Positions 9,175 through 19,270 of a stretch of DNA of 57,055 nucleotides are shown here, piece by piece. This stretch comes from Bdellovibrionota bacterium (lineage in GTDB: Bacteria; Bdellovibrionota_C; UBA2361; CALJRW01): positions 1 through 57,055 of the forward strand of contig JBGSMD010000067.1 in assembly GCA_041740355.1 (NCBI GenBank). The letters are read 5' to 3'. A model generated the notes under the pieces. The model was given only the letters and a program-made list of their open reading frames with translations, was not told the origin of the DNA and ran no database searches. The translations under genes and the position numbers were made by a program. Numbering within the stretch: position 1 is the stretch's first letter; each line of letters begins with the position of its first letter.

Positions 9175-10593
9175 TTAACATTCTGTAATATTTACTGAAA
9201 TTATCGCTAGTCCTCCCTCGGAAGTTTCTTTATAGCGGCTGTGCATGTCTTTTGCTGTCTCCCACATAGTTTTAATAACCTCATCAAGGCTTATTTTAGC
9301 AAAAGCTGGGTCGCTTTCTAGAGCAATATTGCTGGCAGTAATTGCTTTAATTGCACCCATCGAGTTTCTTTCAATACAAGGAATTTGTACCAATCCGGCT
9401 ACCGGATCGCAAGTTAGTCCCAGATGATGTTCCATGGCAATCTCCGCCGCCATTAAAACTTGTTCGGGAGTTCCACCAAGACATTCTGTTAATGCTGCTG
9501 CCGCCATGGAAGATGAAACACCAATCTCGGCTTGGCAACCGCCCATGGCCGCACTAATCGTTGCATTCTTTTTGAAAATTGTAGCTATTAGTCCCGCAGT
9601 TATAATGAAACGAATGACTTTATCTTCCGTAAAATTTGGTGTGAAACAAAAAGCATATAATAATACAGCAGGGATAACTCCAGCTGCTCCATTTGTTGGG
9701 GCAGTAACAACTCGACCAAAGGAAGCATTCTCTTCATTCACTGCTAAAGCAAAACAAGTTACCCATTTATTTATTGTATTAAAACTAGCATCGCCGCTTT
9801 TAATCGATTGCAACCATTCTTCTTGGTTAGAGTAATTTTTATTAAGTAGTAGTTTATTATTAATTTCTGCAGCCCTTCGTTTAACATTTAATCCCCCGGG
9901 CAGAATTCCCGTTTGTTGTATACCACGATAGACGCAAGTCTTAATTTCTTGCCAGAGTAATAATGCCTGGCTGTCAATTTCTGATTTTGTTCGCCAAGAT
10001 TCTTCGTTAAGGTAAATTAAGTCGGAGATACTGATTTGTAAATTTTTGCAGTGTTTTAAGATCTGCACACCCTTGTGACAGGGGTATGGAGTAAGGACAC
10101 AGTAATTCGAAATTGTATTTGTTTCTTCGGTTGCCACAAAGCCACCGCCCAGTGAGTAGTATTTCTCTTCGATAATTTCCCCGTCATTTATGATCGCTTG
10201 GAAGCTTAAACCATTAGCATGAAAAGGAAGACTAATGCTTTTTTCTAAAATTAAATGTTTGGAGTAATCAAACATAATTTCATGTTGCGCACTCAGATGT
10301 ATTTTACCTGCTTCCTTAATTAATTTTATTTTTATTGGAATTTCTGCTGGATTGATTAGCTGTAAACTTTCACCACTCAATCCTAAAAGGACAGCTTGGT
10401 CGGTGCCATGCCCAAGTCCAGTTTTAGCAAGAGATCCATAGCAATACACAAAGATCTCATTAACATTTTGTAGCTGATTTTGTTCGGTTAGTTTTTTTAG
10501 AAATAGTTCAGCTGCTATCCAAGGACCCATGGTATGTGAGCTAGAAGGCCCCAGGCCAACTTTGATCATTTCGAAGATACTGATTGATTCCAT
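9175..10593 (-). CDS. sdaA: L-serine ammonia-lyase (Fe-S, single chain)
   Basis: GPSSSHT.GP, GSLAKTG.GHGTD, VTAPTNGAAG, GGCQAE, GLTCDP, PCIERN. Confidence 0.95.
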   Translation of the reverse strand: MESISIFEMIKVGLGPSSSHTMGPWIAAELFLKKLTEQNQLQNVNEIFVYCYGSLAKTGLGHGTDQAVLLGLSGESLQLINPAEIPIKIKLIKEAGKIHLSAQHEIMFDYSKHLILEKSISLPFHANGLSFQAIINDGEIIEEKYYSLGGGFVATEETNTISNYCVLTPYPCHKGVQILKHCKNLQISISDLIYLNEESWRTKSEIDSQALLLWQEIKTCVYRGIQQTGILPGGLNVKRRAAEINNKLLLNKNYSNQEEWLQSIKSGDASFNTINKWVTCFALAVNEENASFGRVVTAPTNGAAGVIPAVLLYAFCFTPNFTEDKVIRFIITAGLIATIFKKNATISAAMGGCQAEIGVSSSMAAAALTECLGGTPEQVLMAAEIAMEHHLGLTCDPVAGLVQIPCIERNSMGAIKAITASNIALESDPAFAKISLDEVIKTMWETAKDMHSRYKETSEGGLAIISVNITEC

Positions 10594-10727
10594 GCTCTTT
10601 AACCCCCGCCTTTTACTAATTATAGGGTATATTGTACTAATATTGTAGAGGTTATTGTCTAACTAAATACTAGAAGCTCATTTAGTGCCTCTTACAATTT
10701 TCCTAGCGCCTAAAACTAAAGTAATAT

Positions 10728-11351
10728 ATGGACCAAGTAGAAAATCCTCCGGTTATAGTTAAGAAAAAAGATTCTTTCATCAAGACTTTTATCATTTTTA
10801 TTCTGATCGCACTCGCTCTTAGAGCCTCTGTTGTTGAAGCATATAAAATTCCTTCAGGTTCAATGCTCCCAACATTACAGATTGGTGACCATATTTTGGT
10901 AACAAAATTTAATTATGCTATTCGGCCACCCCTTCCGCTAATTCGCGACTCGCTCTATGTTTTTCGACAGCCCAAACGAGGGGATATCGTAGTTTTTACT
11001 CGAGTTGATAATGAAGAGACAACGAACGAGGACGAATCTGATAAAAACATTATCAAGCGTGTGATTGGACTTCCTGGGGAAAAACTGGAAGTTTTATCAG
11101 GAAAAGTTTTTATTGATGGGAAAGAACTAATTGAGCCTTATGCTGTTTGGACTGATGGTGGACTTGGCAATTTTGGACCCTACAAAGTACCAGCCGATCA
11201 TGTTCTTGTTCTGGGCGATAATCGCGACCAATCTAAAGATTCTCGTTTTTGGCACAATCCTTATTTGCCAATAAAGCTGATTAAAGGTCAGGCTCAAATG
11301 GTTTATTTTAATATTAATAAGCTAAACCGCATTGGAACCATGATTAAATGA
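10728..11351 (+). CDS. lepB: Signal peptidase I
   Basis: IPSGSMLPTL, IKRVIGLPG, GDNRDQSKDSR. Confidence 0.95.
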   Translation: MDQVENPPVIVKKKDSFIKTFIIFILIALALRASVVEAYKIPSGSMLPTLQIGDHILVTKFNYAIRPPLPLIRDSLYVFRQPKRGDIVVFTRVDNEETTNEDESDKNIIKRVIGLPGEKLEVLSGKVFIDGKELIEPYAVWTDGGLGNFGPYKVPADHVLVLGDNRDQSKDSRFWHNPYLPIKLIKGQAQMVYFNINKLNRIGTMIK

Positions 11352-12205
11352 TCACTGAATTCTTTCATCGTTTTCCTAGTCCTGTTGTTTTTCAAGTCTC
11401 TGGAAAAGACTCTGAGAGATATTTGCAAGCAAGACTAACCAATGATTTAAAACGCTTAGCGGAACGGAAGTCTCTGCTAGCCGCTTGTCTTAATCCACAG
11501 GGAAAGACCAAAGCTCTGTTTAGGGTTTATCGTAGGTCAGCTCAGGAGTTTTTAGTTTTTGCCTTGGCTGGGAATGCCGAGCAAATCAAGCAAGATCTCT
11601 GTTGTTTTATTGTGGCCGATCGGGTGGAAGTTAAAGATATTTCTAGTGAATGTTTTGTAACAGCGCTTAGTGAATCAGTTACATATGAACAAATAACTGA
11701 TTCAATCTATATTTCTGATCCGTACTTAAAGTTAAATTTATTATTAAGTAACCACGATCCACTAAAATATTTAGCGAACTACCCAGAGTTAGATCCTGAT
11801 GGATTTAAACTTTATCGTTTGCAGCAGGCTTTACCTGAATTTCCAGAAGAGGTTCGGGTTGATAGCCTGTTCCCTGAGTCTGGTATTACTGGGGCAATTT
11901 CCAATACTAAAGGCTGTTATGCAGGACAAGAAGTAGTTGAGCGAGTTATAGCGTTAGGCAAATTACCAGCTAAGATTTTAACTTTTCATACTACAACGGA
12001 CACCAAAGATTTAGGAGTTAGTGATTGTAATTTACTGGACGAATCTGGAAATAAATTTGGCGAAATATTATCGGCACTTTATGATTCAGTAACAAAAAGC
12101 TATTTTTGCTTTGCTCGAGTGCCGAGTAAATTCACAGGTCAGTTACCAACCTTGGTTACCTCAGATTCTAAAAAGTTTTATTTATCCTTAGTAACGGCAG
12201 GATAA
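11348..12205 (+). CDS. ygfZ: Folate-binding YgfZ/GcvT-family protein
   Basis: KGCYAGQE signature; ATGA overlap with lepB. Confidence 0.85.
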   Translation: MITEFFHRFPSPVVFQVSGKDSERYLQARLTNDLKRLAERKSLLAACLNPQGKTKALFRVYRRSAQEFLVFALAGNAEQIKQDLCCFIVADRVEVKDISSECFVTALSESVTYEQITDSIYISDPYLKLNLLLSNHDPLKYLANYPELDPDGFKLYRLQQALPEFPEEVRVDSLFPESGITGAISNTKGCYAGQEVVERVIALGKLPAKILTFHTTTDTKDLGVSDCNLLDESGNKFGEILSALYDSVTKSYFCFARVPSKFTGQLPTLVTSDSKKFYLSLVTAG

Positions 12206-14087
12206 ATTTCAAGAGTAAAATTAAGCTTAGCCAGTTTAGAATACTACAGTATATTTGATACTCTGAAAGATTAAATATTATTAGTCCATAATCAAACTCA
12301 ACTCGAGTAATTAACTTGGAATTAATCGACTGCAGATACAAGTAAATAAGTATTTCTAGCCCATAAATTAATAGCCAGAGACAAGGAAGTAAGAAAAGAT
12401 TTTTGAATTGTTGATAGACCTCTCTAAAGCTATCACGTACAAGGTAAGCAAATGCTGTAATGTAAATCAGCAGACAAGAATAGAACGGAATAATCGCTAG
12501 AGTTGTAGAGATTTGTAATTCACGAAATGCCGGCAGTGTCGCTGTTTTAAAAACCTCGAAATAACTGGCGACTGGTAAAAGCAAACCAGTTTCTAATAAG
12601 TTAATTAATACTTTTGGATGGGCTTGTTGTAAGGCATAAAGCAGAGATTTAATGGTGATTATTTTATCACCGTCAACTAAGCTATTAAAGCGAAAAGCAT
12701 AAAATGCAGTTAGAGCAATGACCAAACAAAAACTAATTGCCATTAGCTTTAAATGTTTTTTTAATGCCTCGGTAATTGAGTTAAAAAGGGTATCAATAAT
12801 TAAAATTGGCCAAGCTACAAGTGCTGACACAACAAGACTATTAAGAAGCAAGCGAATTGAGCTACTTGTCGGGTTATTTGTTACGCCTAAAAAACTACTC
12901 AGTATTGGTTCGATAATTGGAAAAGCAAAGACCCACAATACGCCAGAGATCCCTAGAAACAGCATAAATTGGATCCAGTGACTTCCGCTATTAACACTAG
13001 TCTTAGAGTTAGATTTTTTGGCCGTAAGTCGACCAAGAATTTTTTTCAATTGACCTTTGATTGTACGTTCTTCTAAGTTTTTTTTACCAAAATTTGGATT
13101 TGCTAAGGTTTTATTTTTATTGCTAACTATATTTGAATTTGGATCCCAAATACTAGATAATTCTTCGGGTCTCCCAATACTTTCACTTACATAGCCGGTT
13201 GGATCCACGATGTTTTCAGGAACAGTGAGATTTGTTTTAGTAGCTGCTCTTTTACGAACGCCATCAGATTCTAATATTGCAATTACTTGTGATAGCTCAG
13301 GGCGTAATTCCGGATTGGCGGATAATAAGTCTAAAATTAAATTATTTAACCAAGCCGAAATCTCGGGATTTAACTCGCGGGCACTGGGAACATTGCCTTC
13401 TAAATGTTTAAACATAATTTGTGCGGAAGTTCCACCGTCATATGGAAGTTGTCCAGTGAAGATTTGAAAGGCAATAATTCCCAGGGAGTAGATGTCAGTT
13501 TTATAGGTTATGTTATTACCTTTCCAAGCTTCGGGAGACATGAAATGGCTACTGCCGATAACTTCATCATGACTGGTTAATTCAGAACTATCCGGACGGG
13601 CAATTCCAAAGTCAGCAATCTTAATTTGCCCATTTGTTTGCAACATAATATTTGCTGGTTTTAGATCGCGATGAATAATCTCTGCTTGATGGATAGCTTC
13701 TAGTCCTTGGGCAATTTGCTTGAGGTAGTTGATGCCATCAAGGACCGGGATTTTTTTATCTTGAATGACATCTTTTAAACTATCACCATCAACGTATTCC
13801 ATTACAAAATACAGTTGATTATCTAGAATGCTAGCGTCAAATGTTTTAACAACATTCATGTGACTTACTTTTCTTGTCAGTAAGACCTCTCGTAGGAAAC
13901 GATCGACTTGTTTTTGATCTTTAGAAAGTTCTTGATTTAGAAACTTAAGGGCAATTTGACTATTGCTTAGTAGTTGGTCAGTTGCCAGATAGACTTCTCC
14001 CATGCCACCAACCCCTAGGCATTTAATGATTTTAAAGCGGTTGGCAAAGTTTTGGCCAACTGTAATATTAGAATTTGTTGTCGACAT
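12168..14087 (-). CDS. Hanks-type Ser/Thr kinase with multi-TM C-terminus
   Basis: GVGGMG, ALK, HRDLKPAN, DFG, MSPE; about 6 C-terminal TM segments. Confidence 0.9.
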   Translation of the reverse strand: MSTTNSNITVGQNFANRFKIIKCLGVGGMGEVYLATDQLLSNSQIALKFLNQELSKDQKQVDRFLREVLLTRKVSHMNVVKTFDASILDNQLYFVMEYVDGDSLKDVIQDKKIPVLDGINYLKQIAQGLEAIHQAEIIHRDLKPANIMLQTNGQIKIADFGIARPDSSELTSHDEVIGSSHFMSPEAWKGNNITYKTDIYSLGIIAFQIFTGQLPYDGGTSAQIMFKHLEGNVPSARELNPEISAWLNNLILDLLSANPELRPELSQVIAILESDGVRKRAATKTNLTVPENIVDPTGYVSESIGRPEELSSIWDPNSNIVSNKNKTLANPNFGKKNLEERTIKGQLKKILGRLTAKKSNSKTSVNSGSHWIQFMLFLGISGVLWVFAFPIIEPILSSFLGVTNNPTSSSIRLLLNSLVVSALVAWPILIIDTLFNSITEALKKHLKLMAISFCLVIALTAFYAFRFNSLVDGDKIITIKSLLYALQQAHPKVLINLLETGLLLPVASYFEVFKTATLPAFRELQISTTLAIIPFYSCLLIYITAFAYLVRDSFREVYQQFKNLFLLPCLWLLIYGLEILIYLYLQSINSKLITRVEFDYGLIIFNLSEYQIYCSILNWLSLILLLKFILPLLRINKTF

Positions 14088-14151
14088 AATTTGATTAGTT
14101 GCAAACCTGCTAATTTAACTAGGTACTTCGCATTTCCTAAGATGTATTTAG

Positions 14152-14296
14152 TATAGTAAGTCCAAAAAGTAATTTCCGTAGGGTATTACTTTTTGGGGCT
14201 TATTATCCCCTTGAGGGAAAATAAAATCATATAGTTAAGACAAAAATCTCAAAACTAACTTTTAATATTCAGAAATTGCTTTTTGTCATAACTATA
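14152..14296 (+). repeat. Family A double-hairpin dispersed repeat, copy 2
   Basis: TATAGTAAGTCCAAAAAGTAAT...ATTACTTTTTGGGGCTTATTAT, then CCCCTTGAGGGA, then TATAGTTAAGACAAAAA...TTTTTGTCATAACTATA. Confidence 0.9.
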
Positions 14297-14362
14297 AATT
14301 TGCGATTTATGCAGGTTAGACTTATCATTGTAAGAATTGAGTGATTTTCTAACAAGACTATA

Positions 14363-14611
14363 AACCTCAGATTTGATAAGCAAGTTATTACGAAAGCCTA
14401 ACTACTTGAAATTGCGGTAGAAAGAAATATTTTCAGTCTCTCCCCCCGTCGCATTTTATGCTATGGCGCAACATGGCTGATATGCTACATCAGCTACGAA
14501 TAAAAATATTTCTTTCCCTAGCAATTTACATAGATTGAAAAATGAAATATTTTCCAATCAATTCAAGCACTTCAGCTTTCTCGTTACACTTTCTTCTCCA
14601 AAACTGAGGTT
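14363..14611. repeat. Family B MITE-like palindrome (about 249 bp) with a nested short module
   Basis: Termini AACCTCAG/CTGAGGTT, imperfect arms of about 50 bp, inner GAAAGAAATATTT/AAATATTTCTTTC. Confidence 0.75.
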
Positions 14612-14620
14612 ATAATTTAT

Positions 14621-15022
14621 ATGATGAAAGAGTTAATTAAAGCGATTTTTTTTGTTGTAAATATTTTACTGATTAGCAATCTGCTACTAGCTGACACCAA
14701 AGTGGAATCTAAGCAAATAGCAGAAGAGGTTTATCAGGAGTTTTTGAGCCCTTTTTGTCCGGGTCGGGCACTTTCTGACTGCCCAAGTTCTAAAGCGGAA
14801 GATTTGAAAAAGAAGATTTTAGTAGATTTAGATCAGGGTCAAACAAAAGAAACAGTGATTCGAAACCTAGAGACTGAATTTGGTTCAGAGTTAAATGCTA
14901 AGCCAAAGTTTTCCGGCTTTGCTGGACTGGCTTGGTTTATCCCAATCACATTTATGTTAGTACTTGCACTTATAGGTTATCGTTGGGTTCGTAATGCCAG
15001 AACCAAGGGCGATGAGTCTTAG
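14621..15022 (+). CDS. ccmH: Cytochrome c biogenesis CcmH/NrfF-like protein
   Basis: Signal peptide, SPFCPGRALSDCPS, FG...AKP...LAWFIP and a C-terminal TM. Confidence 0.7.
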   Translation: MMKELIKAIFFVVNILLISNLLLADTKVESKQIAEEVYQEFLSPFCPGRALSDCPSSKAEDLKKKILVDLDQGQTKETVIRNLETEFGSELNAKPKFSGFAGLAWFIPITFMLVLALIGYRWVRNARTKGDES

Positions 15023-15043
15023 AGTAGAAAATGTTTCTGCTAA

Positions 15044-15607
15044 TTAGGGACAGTTTTCGCAAGCTACCTTTACAGCTTTTTTCTCTGGTCGACTTTTTCC
15101 ATCGATAAAATAAATTGCAGGTAATAAATATTCGGCGAGTTCAAAAGGAGCAATCTCTGCCGGGCCAGTTAAATTTGCTTTGGTATCAGCATTTACTTGA
15201 TATTCAATCTTTACTTTTTTGGCCTTCACACCAGATTTGTTTCTGACATAGATTGGAAAATCTCCTTCTTTAGAAACTTCTCCAATATTCTCTAAGGTAA
15301 TCTTTGATTCTTTACAATTAAAAAGGTAACGCTCGATTGAGTTTTTCTCGCCATCCTTACAGACAACCGATCCATCTTCATCGGCTCCAATCATGCAGTC
15401 AATTCCGCCATGAGTAAAGCAGGTAAGGTTCTCAGCGGGAGGAGGAACTTCTCCCTTAGTTAGCTCGGGAAGCTCCGCAACTATCGCCGTCGGATCTGCT
15501 TTTTTTGTGCTGTAATGTATTTTACCAGTATCATCAGTCCAAGTATAAACCTGAGCTAAGAGATTTAGGGGAATTAGCAATAAGATAGTAAGTAATGTAG
15601 CTTTCAT
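15044..15607 (-). CDS. Secreted DUF4124-domain protein
   Basis: Signal peptide then VYTWTDDTGKIHYS; Cys-rich CFTHGGIDC...GSVVCKDG. Confidence 0.75.
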   Translation of the reverse strand: MKATLLTILLLIPLNLLAQVYTWTDDTGKIHYSTKKADPTAIVAELPELTKGEVPPPAENLTCFTHGGIDCMIGADEDGSVVCKDGEKNSIERYLFNCKESKITLENIGEVSKEGDFPIYVRNKSGVKAKKVKIEYQVNADTKANLTGPAEIAPFELAEYLLPAIYFIDGKSRPEKKAVKVACENCP

Positions 15608-16488
15608 CGTATTACAAAATACTCCATTAAGTTCACATTAGTAAAGATTGAAAGTACAATTCCCAGTGCTAAGTATGGACCAAAGGGAAGAGGGTATTGA
15701 GAGCCTTTTTTTGTTAAGAGAATTAGCCCGATTCCAAGAATGGAGCCAGCAAAAGAACCTAAAAAAATTGCTTGAATCGCATGACTTGGACCAAAAAACA
15801 ATCCGGCCATGGCCATTAATTTCACATCCCCAAACCCTAAACCTACTTTTTTTCGTAAAAGATAATATAGCTCAGAAATTAACCAGAGAAATAATCCCCC
15901 AGCTAGACCAAGAAGGCTTGCTGTTAAATTTGCTGCTAGAGGTTTTTCAAAGATATGGAAATATTGATTAAATCCAGAGAGCGCAAGACCAATCACCATC
16001 CCAGGATAGCTGATTACATTTGGGATAATATAGTAATCAATATCAATAAAGCTAATCACAATAAGGCTACAGCAAAAGAGATAGATAATTAGTGCCGTCC
16101 AAGAATCAAATTGGTAATAGCATAATAAACCAAAAGCTAAGCTCAGTAGTTCAACAGCTGGATATCTAAAAGAAATCGGAGTTTTGCAACTGTAGCATTT
16201 ACCACGAAGTAGAAACCAACTTAATACGGGAATGTTTTGCCACCAAGCGATCAAATTCTTACAATTAGGACAGAAGGATCTTACTGGTTTAAAAATACTA
16301 ATTTTATCATTAGAAGCAGCTAATTCTTTTTCTAGCTCTACTTCGTCGGCCTCCAGACTTTCCAGGCCTTTTGGTCGACCATAGGGAATGCGATAAATGC
16401 AAGCAGTCAAAAAGCTACCAACTAATAATGAGTAAAGAGACACCGTAATTGGATTAATGAAATTTTCAAGTATGAAGTTGTTTAACAT
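15604..16488 (-). CDS. pilD: Prepilin peptidase/N-methyltransferase
   Basis: GSFL...IYRIP, RSFCPNC, NIPVLSW.LLRGKCYSC, ID, GFGDVKL, PFGPYL. Confidence 0.95.
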   Translation of the reverse strand: MLNNFILENFINPITVSLYSLLVGSFLTACIYRIPYGRPKGLESLEADEVELEKELAASNDKISIFKPVRSFCPNCKNLIAWWQNIPVLSWFLLRGKCYSCKTPISFRYPAVELLSLAFGLLCYYQFDSWTALIIYLFCCSLIVISFIDIDYYIIPNVISYPGMVIGLALSGFNQYFHIFEKPLAANLTASLLGLAGGLFLWLISELYYLLRKKVGLGFGDVKLMAMAGLFFGPSHAIQAIFLGSFAGSILGIGLILLTKKGSQYPLPFGPYLALGIVLSIFTNVNLMEYFVIR

Positions 16489-16584
16489 GAGGATATGCTA
16501 GCTAATCTTGCTTCATTTGCAAAGTTAGAAAAGACTCTGAAGTTATCTCGCAGAGGGTATATTTTGAGGAAGAGAAAAAACCTT

Positions 16585-16617
16585 TTACTGGGGAAGACTG
16601 AGCCTCTTCCCCAATAA
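16585..16617. terminator. Hairpin after mlaC, candidate terminator
   Basis: TTACTGGGGAAGA / TCTTCCCCAATAA. Confidence 0.55.
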
Positions 16618-16620
16618 ATA

Positions 16621-17205
16621 TTATTTGAGAGAAGCAGTTTTTACTTTTAGCTTCGCGGTTAGGCCAGCAAGGTCTTCATTTCGTAAAATGCTAGCAAATT
16701 CATTGCGATAATTTGCTACTAGACCGACATTTTCGATGACAACATCGTATACAAACCAAGCATCGTTTTCTAAATGCATTTTGTAATCAATTGGAAATTG
16801 ACTTTCTTTAAGGCGGACCTTTGTTTTAACAAGTGCTTTATCATCACGAACTTGTTCCGAATCCACAGAAACCATTTCTTCAGAAACATTTTCGATGCGA
16901 TTTAGGTAGGTCTTGGCAAGGAAATCAGCAAAAGCTGTCACGAAATTATTTTGATCTTCTACCGAATATTTTGACCACGTAGCTCCAAGTGATCTTTTAG
17001 CCATCTCCTCAAAATCAAAGACATCATTAACAATCTTTAGCACTGCAGCTTGGCGTGCTTCGGGTGATGGAAATTCCTTAGTCTGAAATGCTGTAACAAC
17101 TTTGCTGATGGTATTCTTGACGGTGACTTGCGGAGATTCTGTTTCCGCTAAGATAACGCTAGAAAATAATAGTGATAGTATGACAAGAATTAATTGGCGT
17201 TTCAT
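16621..17205 (-). CDS. mlaC: MlaC/Ttg2D phospholipid-binding protein
   Basis: FDFEEMAKRSLG..W, W.VYDVVIENVGLVANYRNEF. Confidence 0.9.
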   Translation of the reverse strand: MKRQLILVILSLLFSSVILAETESPQVTVKNTISKVVTAFQTKEFPSPEARQAAVLKIVNDVFDFEEMAKRSLGATWSKYSVEDQNNFVTAFADFLAKTYLNRIENVSEEMVSVDSEQVRDDKALVKTKVRLKESQFPIDYKMHLENDAWFVYDVVIENVGLVANYRNEFASILRNEDLAGLTAKLKVKTASLK

Positions 17206-17227
17206 AGTTAATTATTATTAGTAAAAA

Positions 17228-17776
17228 TTATTGTAATAAGCTTTCTGCTTTAGGAGTTTCCTCTGCTGGTTTATCTTCGCCACCAAAATTATGGACGAAT
17301 TTGCCAATAATATCTTCAAGATCGACAACAGATTCCGTCTCGTAAATAGTTGCGCCTGGTTTTAGGTAGGATTCTGATGCGCCTCTAGAAAACTTTACAT
17401 ACCGATCTCCGATGATACCTTTTGTTCGAATCATGGCAATGTCGTCATCTTGAATTTGAACTTCATTGATTAATTTAAGCGTAATGATTGCCTGAGCTTT
17501 TGATTCTGCTAAATCAATCTGTGTGACTTCGCCAATCTTAACTCCAGAAATCTCAACGGAAGCCCCATTCTTAAGTCCAGAAACATCGTTGAATTCAGCT
17601 TTGAGATAATAGTTATTAGCTGAGTTTAGATCTAATCCACCCAAGTTGACACATAGGTATCCGGCGGCGACTAGTGCGACTAAACTAAATAGTCCAACGA
17701 CTATTTCTAAAGTGAACTTACGTTTTGGTTGGTAAGTAGCTTGCTCACTAACACTATTGGATTTTAATTGGTCCAT
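17228..17776 (-). CDS. mlaD: MlaD MCE-domain protein
   Basis: GLKNGASVEISGVKIGEV, IRTKGIIGDRYV. Confidence 0.9.
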   Translation of the reverse strand: MDQLKSNSVSEQATYQPKRKFTLEIVVGLFSLVALVAAGYLCVNLGGLDLNSANNYYLKAEFNDVSGLKNGASVEISGVKIGEVTQIDLAESKAQAIITLKLINEVQIQDDDIAMIRTKGIIGDRYVKFSRGASESYLKPGATIYETESVVDLEDIIGKFVHNFGGEDKPAEETPKAESLLQ

Positions 17777-18503
17777 CTATTTTTCCTTGTATAAATTGTT
17801 GAACAGCAGGGTTAGTAGAAGAAATTAATTCTTCTGGTGTTCCTACTTGTTCTATTTGTCCGTTTAATAACATTGCAACTCGATCACTTACCTGAAAGAC
17901 CTCTGGTATTTCATGACTAATTACCATACCAGCAAACTTCCAGCTTTTCTGACATTCTGTAATTAAATCGTAAACTTCTCGGCCATCGATTGGATCTAGT
18001 CCCGTGTTTGGTTCGTCAAATAAAAATATTTTTGGCTCACAGATTAAGGCGCGAGCAATACCCACACGCTTTCTAATGCCAATTGATAATTCTTGAGGAA
18101 GTGACTTGAGATACCTTTGTAGGCTTAGCGATTTGATAACTTCCTGTGCTCGCTCTTGAATTTCAGCCATCGCATATCCGGTGCGTTCGACAAGCGGAAA
18201 AGTAATGTTTTGATAAACATTTAAGGAGTCAAATAATGCCGCTGATTGGAAAAGAATTCCCATCTTTGATCTAATTACATTTTTTTCAGCTTCACTGCGG
18301 GCCGTTGTAATATTATCTCCAGCAATAAGAATTTGGCCATGGTCAACTGCAAAGATGCCCATAATTAGTTTAAGTAGTACTGATTTGCCGACCCCGCTTG
18401 GACCAACAACCGCAACAGTTTCATTATCATTGATTTCTAGTGATACGTTTCGAAGAACGTGTTGCATACCAAAACTTTTGGAAACGTTTTGAATACTGAT
18501 CAT
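17754..18503 (-). CDS. mlaF: MlaF ABC ATPase
   Basis: GPSGVGKS, FQSAALFDSL, LSIGIRKRV, DEP. Confidence 0.9.
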   Translation of the reverse strand: MISIQNVSKSFGMQHVLRNVSLEINDNETVAVVGPSGVGKSVLLKLIMGIFAVDHGQILIAGDNITTARSEAEKNVIRSKMGILFQSAALFDSLNVYQNITFPLVERTGYAMAEIQERAQEVIKSLSLQRYLKSLPQELSIGIRKRVGIARALICEPKIFLFDEPNTGLDPIDGREVYDLITECQKSWKFAGMVISHEIPEVFQVSDRVAMLLNGQIEQVGTPEELISSTNPAVQQFIQGKIDGPIKIQ

Positions 18504-19270
18504 TAGATTTGAGTAAGAAAAGTAGTGATAAAATAATCAATAACTAATACTGCAACCGATGCGGTGACTACAGATTGTGTTGTCGCTTTGTTCACTCCAA
18601 CGGCACCAAAGCCAGAAGTGAAGCCTTTGTAACAAGCAACCCAAGCAAAAATAAATCCAAAGAAAAAAGATTTAATAAATCCAGAATAAACATCAAAGCT
18701 TGTGACGGCATCAGTCATTACGTTAATATATGTCCCTGAAGCCAAGCCTAGTAGGCCTACGGAAACAACGTAACCGCCAAAGATTCCAACAACAATAAAG
18801 ATTCCAGTTAACATCGGTACGGCTACTAATCCCGCAAGTAATCTTGGAACCATAAGGTAACGAATTGGATCCACTGCCATCGATCGTAAGGCATCAACTT
18901 GCTCAGTGATTTTCATAATTCCAATTTCGGCAGTAATCGCTGATCCGGCTCTTCCGATAATCATCAGGGCAGTAAGTACGGGTCCAAGTTCGCGAATCAA
19001 ACTAAGTGCTACCGCCGATCCAGTATAAGCAGTTGCTCCAAACTGTGAGAGGGTATACTCAGCTTGTACGGCAAGAACCGCCCCAGTAAACAAACCAATT
19101 AGTGCAATTACTAAAGTGGAGTTGACTCCGATTTGGTACATTTGAGTCATGAAAAGATTGAAGCGAAAGGGGATCTTAAAGCAGGCAACTATTGTTTGTG
19201 AAATGAAAATCACGGCTCGTCCCCAAGCTTCTAAGTTGTCGAGGATCCATTTTCCAAAGTTAGCAATCAT
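18503..19270 (-). CDS. mlaE: MlaE ABC permease
   Basis: RELGPVLTAL...GRAGSAITAEIG.MKITEQVDAL. Confidence 0.95.
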   Translation of the reverse strand: MIANFGKWILDNLEAWGRAVIFISQTIVACFKIPFRFNLFMTQMYQIGVNSTLVIALIGLFTGAVLAVQAEYTLSQFGATAYTGSAVALSLIRELGPVLTALMIIGRAGSAITAEIGIMKITEQVDALRSMAVDPIRYLMVPRLLAGLVAVPMLTGIFIVVGIFGGYVVSVGLLGLASGTYINVMTDAVTSFDVYSGFIKSFFFGFIFAWVACYKGFTSGFGAVGVNKATTQSVVTASVAVLVIDYFITTFLTQI

